64,000 bases of DNA from positions 1,828,791-1,892,790 of the forward strand of contig JBPOGI010000001.1 of NCBI GenBank assembly GCA_051251855.1. Reading direction: 5' to 3'. How positions within the stretch are numbered: position 1 is the first letter of the stretch; each line of letters begins with the position of its first letter. The position numbers and the translations under genes were made by a program. This DNA comes from Roseibacillus sp. (GTDB lineage: Bacteria > Verrucomicrobiota > Verrucomicrobiia > Verrucomicrobiales > Akkermansiaceae). Under the pieces are notes generated by a model that saw nothing but the letters and a program-made list of their open reading frames with translations, was not told the DNA's origin and made no database searches. Positions 40,467 to 51,382 of this stretch are shown in pieces.

Positions 40467-41440
40467 CCTTCGTAGCACTCTCTACACGCTTCCACCCAAT
40501 GACCGTCTGAAATCTCCACATAGGGAGGGCGTCGATGAATCATCGTACTACGACGACCCATCCGCTGACAAAATCGACAACCCGCCACAAAATCCGAAAT
40601 CGAGGCCACCTGTCCAGGAATCGTGTTCAGCTCCGACTTTCGCACATTCTCCAAGCGCGGTATCGAGTTTAGCAACCCCTTCGTATAAGCGTGCGCTGGA
40701 TTATTAAAGACATCCTCCACCGACCCCTTCTCAACAATGCGCCCCGCATACATCACCACAACCTCCTCGCACTGCTCCGCAATCACCCCCAAGTCATGCG
40801 TAATGAGAAGAACCGACATTCCCAGTTCCTTCCTCATGTCCTCTAACAACTCCAAAATTTGAGCCTGCACCGTCACGTCGAGCGCCGTCGTCGGCTCATC
40901 TGCAATCACCAAGTCAGGTTCACAACACAAAGCCATCGCAATCATCACACGTTGCCGCATCCCACCCGAGAGCTGATGCGGATAGGACATCGCGCGTTTA
41001 TCAGGATCCGGAATACCCACCTTCTCCAGCCACTCGATCGCAATCTGGAGCGCCTTGCGCGGCCCCACCTTCTTATGCAGGCGAATCACTTCCACCAGCT
41101 GCTTACCCACTCGCTGCACCGGATTCAGCGCCGTCATCGGTTCCTGAAAAATCACCCCCACCTCACCGCCTCGCACCGCACGCAAGCGCTTATCCGAAAC
41201 CTTCCTCAAATCCTCCCCCTTCAGCAGTATTTCTCCTTCCAACACATGGCCTGATGGCTTCGGCAACAAATCCACCAGCGACATTGCGGTCACCGTCTTT
41301 CCACAACCCGACTCTCCCACAAGACCAACTGACTTTCCAGCGTCCACAGTGAAGCTCACTTTATCCACCGCTCTCACCCAGCCACCGTCGGTTTGGAAGC
41401 TGGTCACCAGATCATGAATCTCTAACAATCGCTTACTCAT
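40463..41440 (-). CDS. Peptide ABC transporter ATP-binding protein (OppD-like)
   Basis: [25 protein letters not shown] and DEPTTALD. Confidence 0.92.
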   Translation of the reverse strand: MSKRLLEIHDLVTSFQTDGGWVRAVDKVSFTVDAGKSVGLVGESGCGKTVTAMSLVDLLPKPSGHVLEGEILLKGEDLRKVSDKRLRAVRGGEVGVIFQEPMTALNPVQRVGKQLVEVIRLHKKVGPRKALQIAIEWLEKVGIPDPDKRAMSYPHQLSGGMRQRVMIAMALCCEPDLVIADEPTTALDVTVQAQILELLEDMRKELGMSVLLITHDLGVIAEQCEEVVVMYAGRIVEKGSVEDVFNNPAHAYTKGLLNSIPRLENVRKSELNTIPGQVASISDFVAGCRFCQRMGRRSTMIHRRPPYVEISDGHWVEACRECYEG

Positions 41441-43602
41441 TCTTCGATTCCTCCCTCAAGGTTGATGGATTGGGTCTCTTGCGGTTCAACATCTTCCTTT
41501 TCAGACTTCGTCTGATAGTCATCCACGATCCGCTCCACTTCTTCAAAGACCTCTCCCTTTCGTTTCGCCGCCAAAGTCTCCTTTTTCATCTCCTCGTCAA
41601 TCCAATAACAATAGCTTTCCATTGGGATATAGGCCAAGGGAGGAGCAAACCGTGTTTCCGGCACATCCGGCCAACGCACCCAACGCCAAGTCGCCACTCG
41701 CGAGAACTCATTCGTATAACCCGGGATAAAAAGGTCTTCTTCCGCAACAATCTCCTGAATCTCATGCGCATTGGAAATAACCTCCTCCATCGTACGAGCA
41801 TTGCTGTAATTCTCTACCAACTGATCCATCCGATCATCAGCAAAGGAAAAGACATTGTTCGTTTGCGCCTTTCGATTCCCTTTTTCATCGAAGGCATTCC
41901 TCGAGTGAAAATACTCATAGTAAGCTGGTGCAGGAGGCTGAAACTGCCACGCCGAAAAATAAGTCTGATGCTGCTTCGACACCACCTTCTTGTAGGACGC
42001 CGTAGCCTCCCGCCCGTCGAGAATCAAGTTCAGTCCAGCCTTCTTAGCTTCCTCCTTCAAAATCACCATCATCCGCGTCCGCTCCGGAATAGAAGTAAAG
42101 GTCAGCGAAATCTCCAAGCGCTCCCCTTCTTCAGTCATCAAAATACCGTCCTTATCCTCCTGAGTGTACCCGGCCTTTGCAAAAGCCTCTCGTGCCTTCC
42201 GAATCGAAAACGGCCTCGCTTGAATCTCTGGATTCGTAATCGCACCATACCCTTGCGTAAACCCCTGCAGGCGGGAAAAATCTCCCCGAAAAACATCATC
42301 AATCACCCGTTGCCAATTGGTCGCATACGCCAAGCCACGTCGAATAGACTTTTGGTCCAACGGCTTCTCGGCCGTATTCAGAAACAACCCCCAAGGGAGA
42401 CGAGGATATTGGTTATACCAAGTGGTTCGCTCCACATAACCGTCAAAAACAGCAGGCATCTCCGAGCGTTCATAGTAGTAATCTGGCAAGGTCACCGGAA
42501 AGTAATCCAACTCTCCTGCTCGGAAAAGTTCCCAAGCTTTTGTCGGAGTCCTCACCACTCGATAGTTGAGCTTATCGGCGTTGTAGCGATTCCGGTAAAA
42601 TTTCCTCTCCTTAAGCCACCAATCATCGACTCGCGTCAAAGTAAGCGACTGCCCCTTCACAAGGTCTCCCGGCAACAAACGATAGGCTCCCGTTGTTGGA
42701 GGAACAATCCACTGATAACGCTCTTCGAAGTCAGGTCCAAAATCGGTGTAAAAGTGCGTTGCCGCCGGAGGAATCCCTCCACACTCGTAAGGCATCCAAG
42801 CCTCAGGCTTTGCCTCGGGAAGAGTGATACTCAACAGACGTGGTCCAAAGACCGAAAACTGTGCGAACTGCTCCCGAATCACCTGTTTAAAGAAAATCGA
42901 GTCCACCTGGTCAGCGAGCCGCAAGCGCGCCCACGACAAGACATCCTCCGCCTCAATAGGATGCCCGTCATTAAACTTCGCCTCAGGATGCAGGCGAAAA
43001 TAGACCGTGCGACCATCCTCAGACACCGCCCACTCTTGCGCCACACCGGGGATAATCTCCTGCGTGACGGGATGAAGATGCACTAGATAGACATCCAGCA
43101 AATCATACATATCACCCCGGGCCCCGTTGTTCGAATTTGAGCCAATCTGTCGAACCGTCGGAGGAAACCCCGGCCAATAGTAACGAAAGAGACCACCCTT
43201 TTTGGCTGCAGGATCACCAATATCTGGAGCTTCCATCCCATCCTCCCAAGTTAAGTCAGTAGGAATCTCGGACTCATCCTTAAACGCAAAAAAGTCTCCC
43301 AAGCCTTGTCGGAACTCAAGCCGCTCTTGAGTCCTTTCCAACTCAACAAGGCCACTCTTCAGCCTCTTCTTTTCTTCTTCATCCTTCGACTCCGCAAAGG
43401 CTTTTTCTTTCTCCGCAATCTGTTTTGCCGTCTCCCGTTTTTCATCGGACAACCACGTCACAATATAGGCGTTATACTGTTGGTAGAACGCCTCCGAATT
43501 CAGACCCAGCTGAGCCTTCTCCTGCTTCTTTTGGCACGCTGCGAGACCGAGCAGCAAAGCCGCCGCTGCAAGAAGCGCTGTGAAATTTCGAGAGAGGATC
43601 AT
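41437..43602 (-). CDS. Peptide ABC transporter substrate-binding lipoprotein (YejA-like)
   Basis: Lipobox LAA-C, AKKGG, SBP family 5 body and DDWW...NRYNAD. Confidence 0.85.
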   Translation of the reverse strand: MILSRNFTALLAAAALLLGLAACQKKQEKAQLGLNSEAFYQQYNAYIVTWLSDEKRETAKQIAEKEKAFAESKDEEEKKRLKSGLVELERTQERLEFRQGLGDFFAFKDESEIPTDLTWEDGMEAPDIGDPAAKKGGLFRYYWPGFPPTVRQIGSNSNNGARGDMYDLLDVYLVHLHPVTQEIIPGVAQEWAVSEDGRTVYFRLHPEAKFNDGHPIEAEDVLSWARLRLADQVDSIFFKQVIREQFAQFSVFGPRLLSITLPEAKPEAWMPYECGGIPPAATHFYTDFGPDFEERYQWIVPPTTGAYRLLPGDLVKGQSLTLTRVDDWWLKERKFYRNRYNADKLNYRVVRTPTKAWELFRAGELDYFPVTLPDYYYERSEMPAVFDGYVERTTWYNQYPRLPWGLFLNTAEKPLDQKSIRRGLAYATNWQRVIDDVFRGDFSRLQGFTQGYGAITNPEIQARPFSIRKAREAFAKAGYTQEDKDGILMTEEGERLEISLTFTSIPERTRMMVILKEEAKKAGLNLILDGREATASYKKVVSKQHQTYFSAWQFQPPAPAYYEYFHSRNAFDEKGNRKAQTNNVFSFADDRMDQLVENYSNARTMEEVISNAHEIQEIVAEEDLFIPGYTNEFSRVATWRWVRWPDVPETRFAPPLAYIPMESYCYWIDEEMKKETLAAKRKGEVFEEVERIVDDYQTKSEKEDVEPQETQSINLEGGIEE

Positions 43603-45215
43603 TTGTAGAAACTGAATTTTTTCGGGTCAAAGGCCTCGCGAACAGCCTCCCCAACAAAGGTAACGAGAATGAGCAAGCTCACCAACGCGATGAAGGCAGT
43701 GGCCGCCAACCAAGGAGAAGACAGATTATCCAAGCCTTCCCGCAAAAGCTTACCCCAAGTGGCATACCGGGCTGGCACCCCGAATCCCAAGTAGTCCAAT
43801 GAAGCCAAAGACAGCACCAATCCCGAAATCGAAAACGGAATTAGGGTCACCACAATCGAAACCGAGTTCGGCAAAAGATGCTTCCTAAGAATTCGAGGCG
43901 TAGACGCCCCCATCACCCGAGCCGCCGCCACATAGTCACGCGACTTCTCTTTCAAGGCTGCGGTCCGCATCAGATAGGTCATTCCCATCCATCCAAAAAT
44001 CACCAAAATCGCGACAATAATCCAGAGTCCGTAATCTTCCTTCATCGACTCAGGAACCCCCAAACTAATAATCATCACCACAAACAAGAACGGCACGTTG
44101 GACAGAACCTCAATGAAGCGCTGCACGATGAGGTCGAAAGTTCCTCCAAAGTAACCCATCAACAGCCCAATCGTCACCCCAATCGCGTAAACCAGCGGGA
44201 TATATACCAAAGCGGCCTGGAAGTTCGCCTGCAAGCCGCCATAGAGATACGAAATCACATCATAACCCTGCGCCGTCGTCCCCAGCCAATGGTCTCGCGA
44301 AGGAGGCGAGGGCTGGAAGTGAACGTTCACCATCTCGCTACTCTCGAACTCAAGAAACTCGTCCTTCGTCTTTTCCCCTGTAAAGGTCTCTGAGCCAATC
44401 ACCACCTTCCCTTTTCGATAGGTGGCCCCATAAACCCGCACCTGATTTTCGTCCCAGCCCTCGGCGCGACCATCCCGCAAACCATCTCGAAAACGATAGC
44501 TCACATGGCGCAACTCTGGCGTCTCCAGGTCATACACCCGCGAAGCGTAGCCATTATATTTCTTACGCCCTTCGTAGAGCACATCTCCCTCCATTTTCAA
44601 TGGAGTCGCAATCGCCGTGATCGAATCACCCGTCGGCGCATAAGGCCACAAAGGCATGATCACCTTTCCCTCACTATCCGCAGCCTTCCAGTCCTTCTTC
44701 AGCTGACGATAATCCGGAGGCCCCGACGCGCCTTCCCCTTCCAGCCCGTAAAACTCCCCCTTCTCAATCCCGTTACTAAAAGCAGGAAAAGTCCACTTAT
44801 CCTTGTGCTTAACCGCCAGCGCCTCCGAACCCACCAAGATAAAATCGAGCGAAGCCAAGAATCCAAAGAAGAGCAACGTCACCAGCGACCAATAACCCCG
44901 CTTAATTTCGCGAAAGCGCTGCATCCGCCGCAGAGTCAAAGGGCGAAACTTCGTCGCTCCCGAAAAACTCGCTACCAACCAAGCACCCACTACCCATAAC
45001 AGAATCGTGAACGCCCAGCCCAAGTGCTCAAGCGTCCACAACGACCAATCCGCCTTTAAGTAATCTTGAAAAAAGCCCCAGCCCTCGATCACTCGCGCCA
45101 AGGTATCACCTAACGCAAAGCCCCACCCCACCGCCGGCAACCGAAAGTCATTCCAATGCGCAACAAAGGCGAGTGTCGCGCCCAGCATGAGTATCCATCC
45201 AACAAGTTTCGCCAT
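43599..45215 (-). CDS. Peptide ABC transporter permease (YejE/OppC-like) with insertion
   Basis: RFREIKRGYWS, HWLGT, YVAAARVMGA, HLLPN and GEAVREAFDP. Confidence 0.88.
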   Translation of the reverse strand: MAKLVGWILMLGATLAFVAHWNDFRLPAVGWGFALGDTLARVIEGWGFFQDYLKADWSLWTLEHLGWAFTILLWVVGAWLVASFSGATKFRPLTLRRMQRFREIKRGYWSLVTLLFFGFLASLDFILVGSEALAVKHKDKWTFPAFSNGIEKGEFYGLEGEGASGPPDYRQLKKDWKAADSEGKVIMPLWPYAPTGDSITAIATPLKMEGDVLYEGRKKYNGYASRVYDLETPELRHVSYRFRDGLRDGRAEGWDENQVRVYGATYRKGKVVIGSETFTGEKTKDEFLEFESSEMVNVHFQPSPPSRDHWLGTTAQGYDVISYLYGGLQANFQAALVYIPLVYAIGVTIGLLMGYFGGTFDLIVQRFIEVLSNVPFLFVVMIISLGVPESMKEDYGLWIIVAILVIFGWMGMTYLMRTAALKEKSRDYVAAARVMGASTPRILRKHLLPNSVSIVVTLIPFSISGLVLSLASLDYLGFGVPARYATWGKLLREGLDNLSSPWLAATAFIALVSLLILVTFVGEAVREAFDPKKFSFYK

Positions 45216-45225
45216 TGTCTTTGCT

Positions 45226-46581
45226 CTAGTTGAATTTAACCCGTGGGTCGATCATCGCCACAATCAGATCGGAAAGAATATTACCCACAATTAACAGAAA
45301 GGCCGCGATGGTCAGAGTCCCCATAATCACCGGCATATCGCGATCTTGCAGCGCTTGAAATTGTAGCAGCCCAAACCCCTGAATATCGAAGACACTCTCC
45401 ACCAAGATACTGCCACCCACCAAAACGGTGATCAGCTGCCCCAAAGTCGAAGCCACCGGAATGATGGAATTTCGAAAGGCATGCTTAAAGACTGCTCGCC
45501 GATAGTTCACCCCTTTGGCCACCGCTGTCCGCACATAATCCGAGGCCAGATTGTCCATGAGACTGTTCTTCATCATCATCGTCAAGAAAGCGAAGCTCCC
45601 CACCACATAACTCACCAAAGGTAAGACCGTGTGATGAGCTCGATCCACGATCCGCTCCCAAGTCCACCACGGCAAATGCGCCAACTCGGGAGAATCGAGC
45701 CCGAACATCGGAAACCATCCCGCGCGTGCCGCCAGATACACCACCATCAAGGCACCCAAGGCAAATCCCGGCACCGAATACCCCACGAAAATCAGCACCG
45801 AAGTCGAATTATCAATAAAAGTCCGATGCTTAATCGCCTTCAAAATCCCCAGCGGCAGACAAACCGCATAGGTAATGATCGCCGTCAAAATCCCAAAATA
45901 AAGCGCAATCGGAATCCTGTCCTTAATCAAAGTTAAAACGGGGTCTCCAAATTTCTTCGATTGCCCAAAGTCACCCTGCAAAATCCCTGAAAGTTTCGGC
46001 TGATAGAGCACCGCACGAAATTTGTAATCAGGGGCATCTTCCACCTTCTGTGCCCGCTCACGATTCGCCCAACGCACCGCACGATCTTTGGGGGTCTCAA
46101 TACGCGCCTTCCAACCATAGTCAGCAGGCTTCTCCTTCTCACTATCCAGATAGCGCATTTCCACCACCCGAGATCCATCTCTCTTCACGAAAACCTCACG
46201 CCCAATCCCCTTTAAAAGCACTATCGTCTCATTCTCCGGATCCTTAATGAGCCCAGAACCCATGGTATCCTCACCCCGCTCGTAGAATTCACTTTTCGAC
46301 ACCACCCGCTCCCGCGACCAGAGACCCAACCACTGCAAATACGCCACGACCACCGGCTTATCGAAACCATACTCCTCCTCATTGGCCTCAATAGCCTCCT
46401 CATCCAAGCCTCCAGACTGGTTACCACCGCTCCCTCCACTCTCGGTGGCCATCTGAGCCTCCATCATCGCCTTTTCCAACGGACCTCCAGGGGCGGCTCG
46501 GGTAATAAGAAACACTAAAAAGGTCACCCCCAACATGGTCACAGGAACCAAAAGTAGTCGGCGGATAAAATAGTCTTTCAT
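45226..46581 (-). CDS. Peptide ABC transporter permease (YejB/OppB-like)
   Basis: YFIRRLL, APGGP, YGFDKP, YVRTAVAKG, HAFRNS and DPRVKF. Confidence 0.9.
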   Translation of the reverse strand: MKDYFIRRLLLVPVTMLGVTFLVFLITRAAPGGPLEKAMMEAQMATESGGSGGNQSGGLDEEAIEANEEEYGFDKPVVVAYLQWLGLWSRERVVSKSEFYERGEDTMGSGLIKDPENETIVLLKGIGREVFVKRDGSRVVEMRYLDSEKEKPADYGWKARIETPKDRAVRWANRERAQKVEDAPDYKFRAVLYQPKLSGILQGDFGQSKKFGDPVLTLIKDRIPIALYFGILTAIITYAVCLPLGILKAIKHRTFIDNSTSVLIFVGYSVPGFALGALMVVYLAARAGWFPMFGLDSPELAHLPWWTWERIVDRAHHTVLPLVSYVVGSFAFLTMMMKNSLMDNLASDYVRTAVAKGVNYRRAVFKHAFRNSIIPVASTLGQLITVLVGGSILVESVFDIQGFGLLQFQALQDRDMPVIMGTLTIAAFLLIVGNILSDLIVAMIDPRVKFN

Positions 46582-46712
46582 GGAGGAATTACAGCCCTTG
46601 GTTTAGCGGGACTACACCAGTGATCAAGCAGCCATCTTGCCCTTCTGTCAAATCCTTGCATAAACACAAAAAAAACTGCCCAAGTCCCCTCCCTGCTGTA
46701 AAGCTAGCCCCG

Positions 46713-48725
46713 ATGGTTCGTGCCCTTGTTCAGCTCTCCTTCCTGCCCCTCTTGCTCATCCTCGCTGCCTGCGACCCGCGCAGCGACGTCGAGCGAGCCA
46801 ATGAAGACCTCATCCTTATCGTCGGAAATTCCAACGAGCCCAAAGGCCTCGATCCTCACCTCGTTTCCGGAGTTCTCGAGTCCAATATCATCCGAGCTCT
46901 CTTCGAAGGCCTCTGTGTGGAAGACCCCTCCAACGACGGCATCGCCCTCCCGGGTGCTGCCGAAAGCTGGGAAGCCAGCGAAGACTTCACCCAATGGACC
47001 TTCCGCCTCCAACCCGAGGGCATGTGGTCCGACGGCATCCCCGTCACCGCTCACGACTTCGTGTTCTCTTACCGTCGTATGCTTTCCCCCGACCCAAATT
47101 GGCCTGCTAAATATGCCGAGATGCTCTACTTCATCGAGAATGCTGAGAGTTACTCCAAAAACCGCCGAGGCGAAATTCTCATGGCGCGCGACCCAAACTT
47201 ACCCACCAACTGGGTCACTCTTTCCCAAGCCAACTTCGGAGGCGACGAAGACCTCGACCTCGACAGCCTTTCCGGAAAAAAACTCTCAGACCTCGACCCC
47301 GAAGAGAAGGCTGTCGTCCTCAAGTATATCCCCGCCCAAAGCGAAGTCTCCTTTCGCAAAGCCGCCGGCGCTGACTTCGACAAGCTTACCCCGCCCGAAC
47401 GCCGACTGCGCTTTGCCAACAAAGGCCTCGATAAACTGAACAAAGAAGAACTCACCTATCTCAAGAGCGGCCCCGACGCCTTCTTCTGGCCAGAATCCAT
47501 CAATCCCGAAGTGCAAGCTGTCGTCATCGAGCGCCTTCTCGAATACGTCGAAAAAGACCTCTGGGATATCGCCCGCGTTGGTATCACCGCCATCGACGAC
47601 TTCACCCTCGCCATCGACCTCCGAGGCCCCGTCCCTTTCCTCCCCGAAATCACCAAGCACTACACGTGGTACCCCGTGCCCCGCCACATCATCCTCAAAC
47701 ACGGGAAAATCAATACCGCCTTCGCCTCCCAATGGACCAAAGAGGGCAACATCGTTTCCAACGGCCCCTTCCAACTCAAAGAGTGGCGCACCAACCACAT
47801 TATCGAAGTCGAGCGTAACTCCGAATACTGGGACACCGAGCGCGTTCAACTCAACGGCATCCGCTACCTCCCGATTTCTAACTACTACACTGAGAACCGC
47901 ATGTTTGGTGACGAACAACTCCACGTCACCTACACCATCCCTTCCGAGCTCATTCCCTTTGCCAAAGAAAACTTCCCGCGCGAGGTTCGGCAAGAACCCT
48001 ACGTAGGGGTCCGCTTTCTCCGCTCCAACATCCGCCGAGAGCCCTTCAACAATCCCAAAGTCCGCCGCGCTTTTGCTTTGGCCATCGACCAGCAGGCCAT
48101 TTGTGAAAAGATTCTCCAAGGCGGCCAAAAACCAGCCTCCGGCATCGTCCCTCCCTTTGGAGACTATAAGCCCCCCGGGCTCATCAGCTTTGATCCTGAA
48201 AAGGCTCGCCAACTCCTCACTGACTCCGGATACAAAGCGGCCTCCTCCTTCCCCGACATCACCATCCTCACCACCGACTCCGACACAGGCCGCCGGGAAG
48301 CCGAAGCCCTGCAAGCAATGTGGGAGAAACACCTTGGCGTTAACGTTCGCATTATCCAGCGCGAGTGGACCACCTACCTCCAAAAGCAGTATGACGCCGA
48401 CTTCGACCTCTGCGTCGGAGGCTGGATCGGCGACTACCTCGACCCCACCACCTTCCTCGAAATGTGGATAAAGGACGGCGGCAATAATAACACTGGGTGG
48501 AGCTCCCAAGAATTTGCAGATCTCCTTAACGAAGCCGAAAATACTGCCGACATCCCCACTCGCATGGCCACCCTGGCCGAGGCAGAAACCATCCTTCTCA
48601 AAGATACCCCCGTCCTCCCCATCTACTGGTATACCACCAACTACCTCATCCGTCCTGAAGTCCAAAACTGGGACCCTCTTCTCCTCAACAACCACCCCTT
48701 CAAGTTCGTCCGCATCGAACCTTAA
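46713..48725 (+). CDS. Peptide ABC transporter substrate-binding lipoprotein (OppA-like)
   Basis: LAA-C lipobox, EPKGLDP, LFEGL, WSDGIPVTAHDF, VSNGPF and WIGDYLDP. Confidence 0.9.
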   Translation: MVRALVQLSFLPLLLILAACDPRSDVERANEDLILIVGNSNEPKGLDPHLVSGVLESNIIRALFEGLCVEDPSNDGIALPGAAESWEASEDFTQWTFRLQPEGMWSDGIPVTAHDFVFSYRRMLSPDPNWPAKYAEMLYFIENAESYSKNRRGEILMARDPNLPTNWVTLSQANFGGDEDLDLDSLSGKKLSDLDPEEKAVVLKYIPAQSEVSFRKAAGADFDKLTPPERRLRFANKGLDKLNKEELTYLKSGPDAFFWPESINPEVQAVVIERLLEYVEKDLWDIARVGITAIDDFTLAIDLRGPVPFLPEITKHYTWYPVPRHIILKHGKINTAFASQWTKEGNIVSNGPFQLKEWRTNHIIEVERNSEYWDTERVQLNGIRYLPISNYYTENRMFGDEQLHVTYTIPSELIPFAKENFPREVRQEPYVGVRFLRSNIRREPFNNPKVRRAFALAIDQQAICEKILQGGQKPASGIVPPFGDYKPPGLISFDPEKARQLLTDSGYKAASSFPDITILTTDSDTGRREAEALQAMWEKHLGVNVRIIQREWTTYLQKQYDADFDLCVGGWIGDYLDPTTFLEMWIKDGGNNNTGWSSQEFADLLNEAENTADIPTRMATLAEAETILLKDTPVLPIYWYTTNYLIRPEVQNWDPLLLNNHPFKFVRIEP

Positions 48726-48730
48726 TTACA

Positions 48731-48753
48731 GGAGCGCGGTCTTTCCAAGCCGC
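48731..48753 (+). repeat. REP-like palindromic element
   Basis: GGAGCGCGGTCTTTCCAAGCCGC. A near-identical copy lies on the - strand at 52875-52897, and a related hairpin at 48810-48831. Confidence 0.65.
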
Positions 48754-48883
48754 CTCCTGAAAATGTCGTCAGGTCAGTGAAGGGTGGCCTGCTCGTTTTC
48801 GAATCATACGGACCGCGAATCTTTAGTTCGCCTCACTGCAATCGTCCTACCGATATCGCGAGCTACAACTCGCTTCCCTGCCC

Positions 48884-50365
48884 CTACTCAGCCTCCTCCA
48901 TCGCCTTCCGGTAATTTCCTCGGAAAAACTCTCCCAACTCACGCTGCATACGCACCGCAGCTACCGAGTCTCCAGATTTCAGAACCCCTCGGATCTTCTC
49001 CCCTGTCGCCTCATACCGCACCGACGGCCAGCCGCCCTCCGCTTCCAATTCAAAAAACACAGGCAAGTCCGTCTTCCCCGCCTCAGCCATCACCCCCCAC
49101 GACTCTTTCAACTCAGGATGCGAGTCGATACACATCACCCGCACAATCGTTCTCAACGGCGTAAACAAGCGCCCCGTCCAATCCCCACGGTACTCGAATT
49201 TCTTCGCCAGCTCATAAGGCATGACATCGCCATCAACCATCTCCGCCCGATGCGCCTCATCATATAAATCCCGTCGAATCGGCAATCGTCGCAGAGTCCT
49301 AATCTTCGGACCTCCCTCCGTCCCCTGTTGCTTCGCCCAAAGCATCTGCGCATCCTCCGCAAACAAAAACTCCACAAACTCCTGAGCCAATTCGGGATGA
49401 GGAGCCCCCTTCAACACCGCCACCGGATCGACACTAATTGAAGTCCCCCCTTCAGGCACCACGAACTTCACCCGCGAACTCCCATCATCCTTCCGCTTCT
49501 CTTCCTCAAAGGTCCGCCCATAAAAATCGATACACATCCCCGCCACCGCATTACCCTGCGCCACATCATGCGGAATCTTTGCTGAACCATCCGTAAAGTA
49601 GCGCGAGTTTGCCGCAATCTTCCTCACCCGATTCACCCCCTTGTCCCAGCCCTGCACAATGGCCTCATCCTCACTCATACCGCCCGCAATCTCCTCCGCG
49701 ATCGCCTCCTGCACAATCATCTCAAACATCTTCGCTACCGAGCCACTCTTTGTTGGATCCGCCAGCGCCACAGAACCGTGATATCTCGGGTCCGTCAAAT
49801 CTTCCCACTTTACTGGAGGCTCTAAGCCTAGTCGCCTTACCCCATCCACATTGTAGACGATTCCAAAGCTCGAAAGCACGACCCCCACCCAATCCCGATC
49901 CGCACCATAATACTTCTCGCCACTCATCGTCGCAGGAATCGGAGGCTCCTCACCCTCGAATAGCTCGGGATGAGTTTCAAAAACCTCCAGTTCAACAAAC
50001 CGTCCCAACTTCGACTGCGCCGAGAAATCATACTCTCCCCCACCAAAAAAGACATCAATCCCTACCCCTTCACGACCTCCCTCTTTCGCTGCATCGAACC
50101 CCGAATCCAGCACCCTCTTAATCTCACTTGTCCCTCCGGGAACTAACCAGTTCACATAAACTTCTTCTCCAGTCTTATCCTGATACCACGCTACAAAAGC
50201 CTCCCCAAATTCCCGCTGAATTGTTTCATTGTGCGGCGTAATCACATCCAACCTCAAGACCCCCGCCCTAGGCACCACATCCACGTCGCGCCGCATGGTC
50301 AGCGGAAGCGCTACCACAATTCCAAGAGGAACCAATACCGATGCTAGCTTTTGCCAAAGTTTCAT
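48884..50365 (-). CDS. ABC transporter substrate-binding protein (Fe3+/polyamine-class SBP)
   Basis: ITPHNE, DVFFGGG, WEDLTDP, LADPTKSGS and IDFYG. Confidence 0.8.
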   Translation of the reverse strand: MKLWQKLASVLVPLGIVVALPLTMRRDVDVVPRAGVLRLDVITPHNETIQREFGEAFVAWYQDKTGEEVYVNWLVPGGTSEIKRVLDSGFDAAKEGGREGVGIDVFFGGGEYDFSAQSKLGRFVELEVFETHPELFEGEEPPIPATMSGEKYYGADRDWVGVVLSSFGIVYNVDGVRRLGLEPPVKWEDLTDPRYHGSVALADPTKSGSVAKMFEMIVQEAIAEEIAGGMSEDEAIVQGWDKGVNRVRKIAANSRYFTDGSAKIPHDVAQGNAVAGMCIDFYGRTFEEEKRKDDGSSRVKFVVPEGGTSISVDPVAVLKGAPHPELAQEFVEFLFAEDAQMLWAKQQGTEGGPKIRTLRRLPIRRDLYDEAHRAEMVDGDVMPYELAKKFEYRGDWTGRLFTPLRTIVRVMCIDSHPELKESWGVMAEAGKTDLPVFFELEAEGGWPSVRYEATGEKIRGVLKSGDSVAAVRMQRELGEFFRGNYRKAMEEAE

Positions 50366-50374
50366 CGTCGTATT

Positions 50375-51382
50375 CTACTGTTCTAACAAAACGACATCAG
50401 ATGCATCCGCCTGAAGAAACACCTGCCCCTCTTTAATCACATGCGGATTCATCTCTGCGACATTCAGCTGATGCCCCGCTTCCCCCACCTCAACTTTATA
50501 TTGCACTAAAGCCCCCAAATAGGAGGTCTCCACTACTCGCCCCGAGACACAATTGGGTTGCCCTGCAACACTCGCATCCGCAAAGCGCCAAGCCTCGGGA
50601 CGCACCGAAATAATGCTTCCCTCTCCATCCCCTTCAAACGTTCCCAGTTCCCCTTGATCAAAGATATTCGTCTCTCCAATAAACTCCGCCACAGTGCGAC
50701 AATTAGGGCGCCGATAAACCTCCTCCGGCCTCCCCACCTGCAACACCTCCCCAAAGTCCATCACTGCCATGCGGTCCGCCACCGAGAGAGCCTCCTCTTG
50801 GTCGTGCGTCACATAGACGGCGGTCAAATCATTCTCCTTAACGATACGACGAATCTCCGTTCGCATCTCCACCCGCAACTTGGCGTCCAAGTTCGAGAGC
50901 GGCTCATCTAACAGCAAAACCTTCGGACGCACCACCAGCGCCCGCGCCAACGACACCCGCTGCTGCTGCCCACCTGACATCTGATCAATCCCCCGCACAT
51001 CGTAGCCATCCAATCTGACCATCTCCAAAGCCTCACCCACCCGGCGCTTCACCTCTGCCTTCGATACCCCCCGCTCCTCCAGCCCGAAGGCCACATTCTG
51101 CCCCACCGTCATGTGAGGCCAGAGGGCATAACTTTGAAATACCATCGCAGCTTCCCGTTTGTGAGTCGGCAAGCTCGTAACATCTTCACCATCAAATCGA
51201 ATCTTCCCCGATGTCGGTGATTCCAAGCCAGCGATGCATCGCAACAAGGTCGTCTTCCCACATCCACTCCCCCCAAGGAGGAAAAAGAGCTCTCCTTTTT
51301 CAATCCCCACAGTAATGCCTTTCAAAGCTCGGACCTCTCCGAACTCCTTCACCACCTGCTCCGCCAAAATCGCATCACTCAC
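50375..51382 (-). CDS. ABC transporter ATP-binding protein (FbpC/PotA-like)
   Basis: GGSGCGKTT, FQSYALWPHM, MSGGQQQR, DEPLSNLD and a TOBE tail. Confidence 0.9.
   Translation of the reverse strand: MSDAILAEQVVKEFGEVRALKGITVGIEKGELFFLLGGSGCGKTTLLRCIAGLESPTSGKIRFDGEDVTSLPTHKREAAMVFQSYALWPHMTVGQNVAFGLEERGVSKAEVKRRVGEALEMVRLDGYDVRGIDQMSGGQQQRVSLARALVVRPKVLLLDEPLSNLDAKLRVEMRTEIRRIVKENDLTAVYVTHDQEEALSVADRMAVMDFGEVLQVGRPEEVYRRPNCRTVAEFIGETNIFDQGELGTFEGDGEGSIISVRPEAWRFADASVAGQPNCVSGRVVETSYLGALVQYKVEVGEAGHQLNVAEMNPHVIKEGQVFLQADASDVVLLEQ

Noticed and set aside
41470..43086. 538-aa + strand ORF
   Set aside because: It is antisense to the YejA-like binding protein and has no recognisable motifs.
47286..48695. 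469-aa - strand ORF (also 6627-7727 and similar)
   Set aside because: These are shadow ORFs opposite well-supported genes, caused by codon bias.
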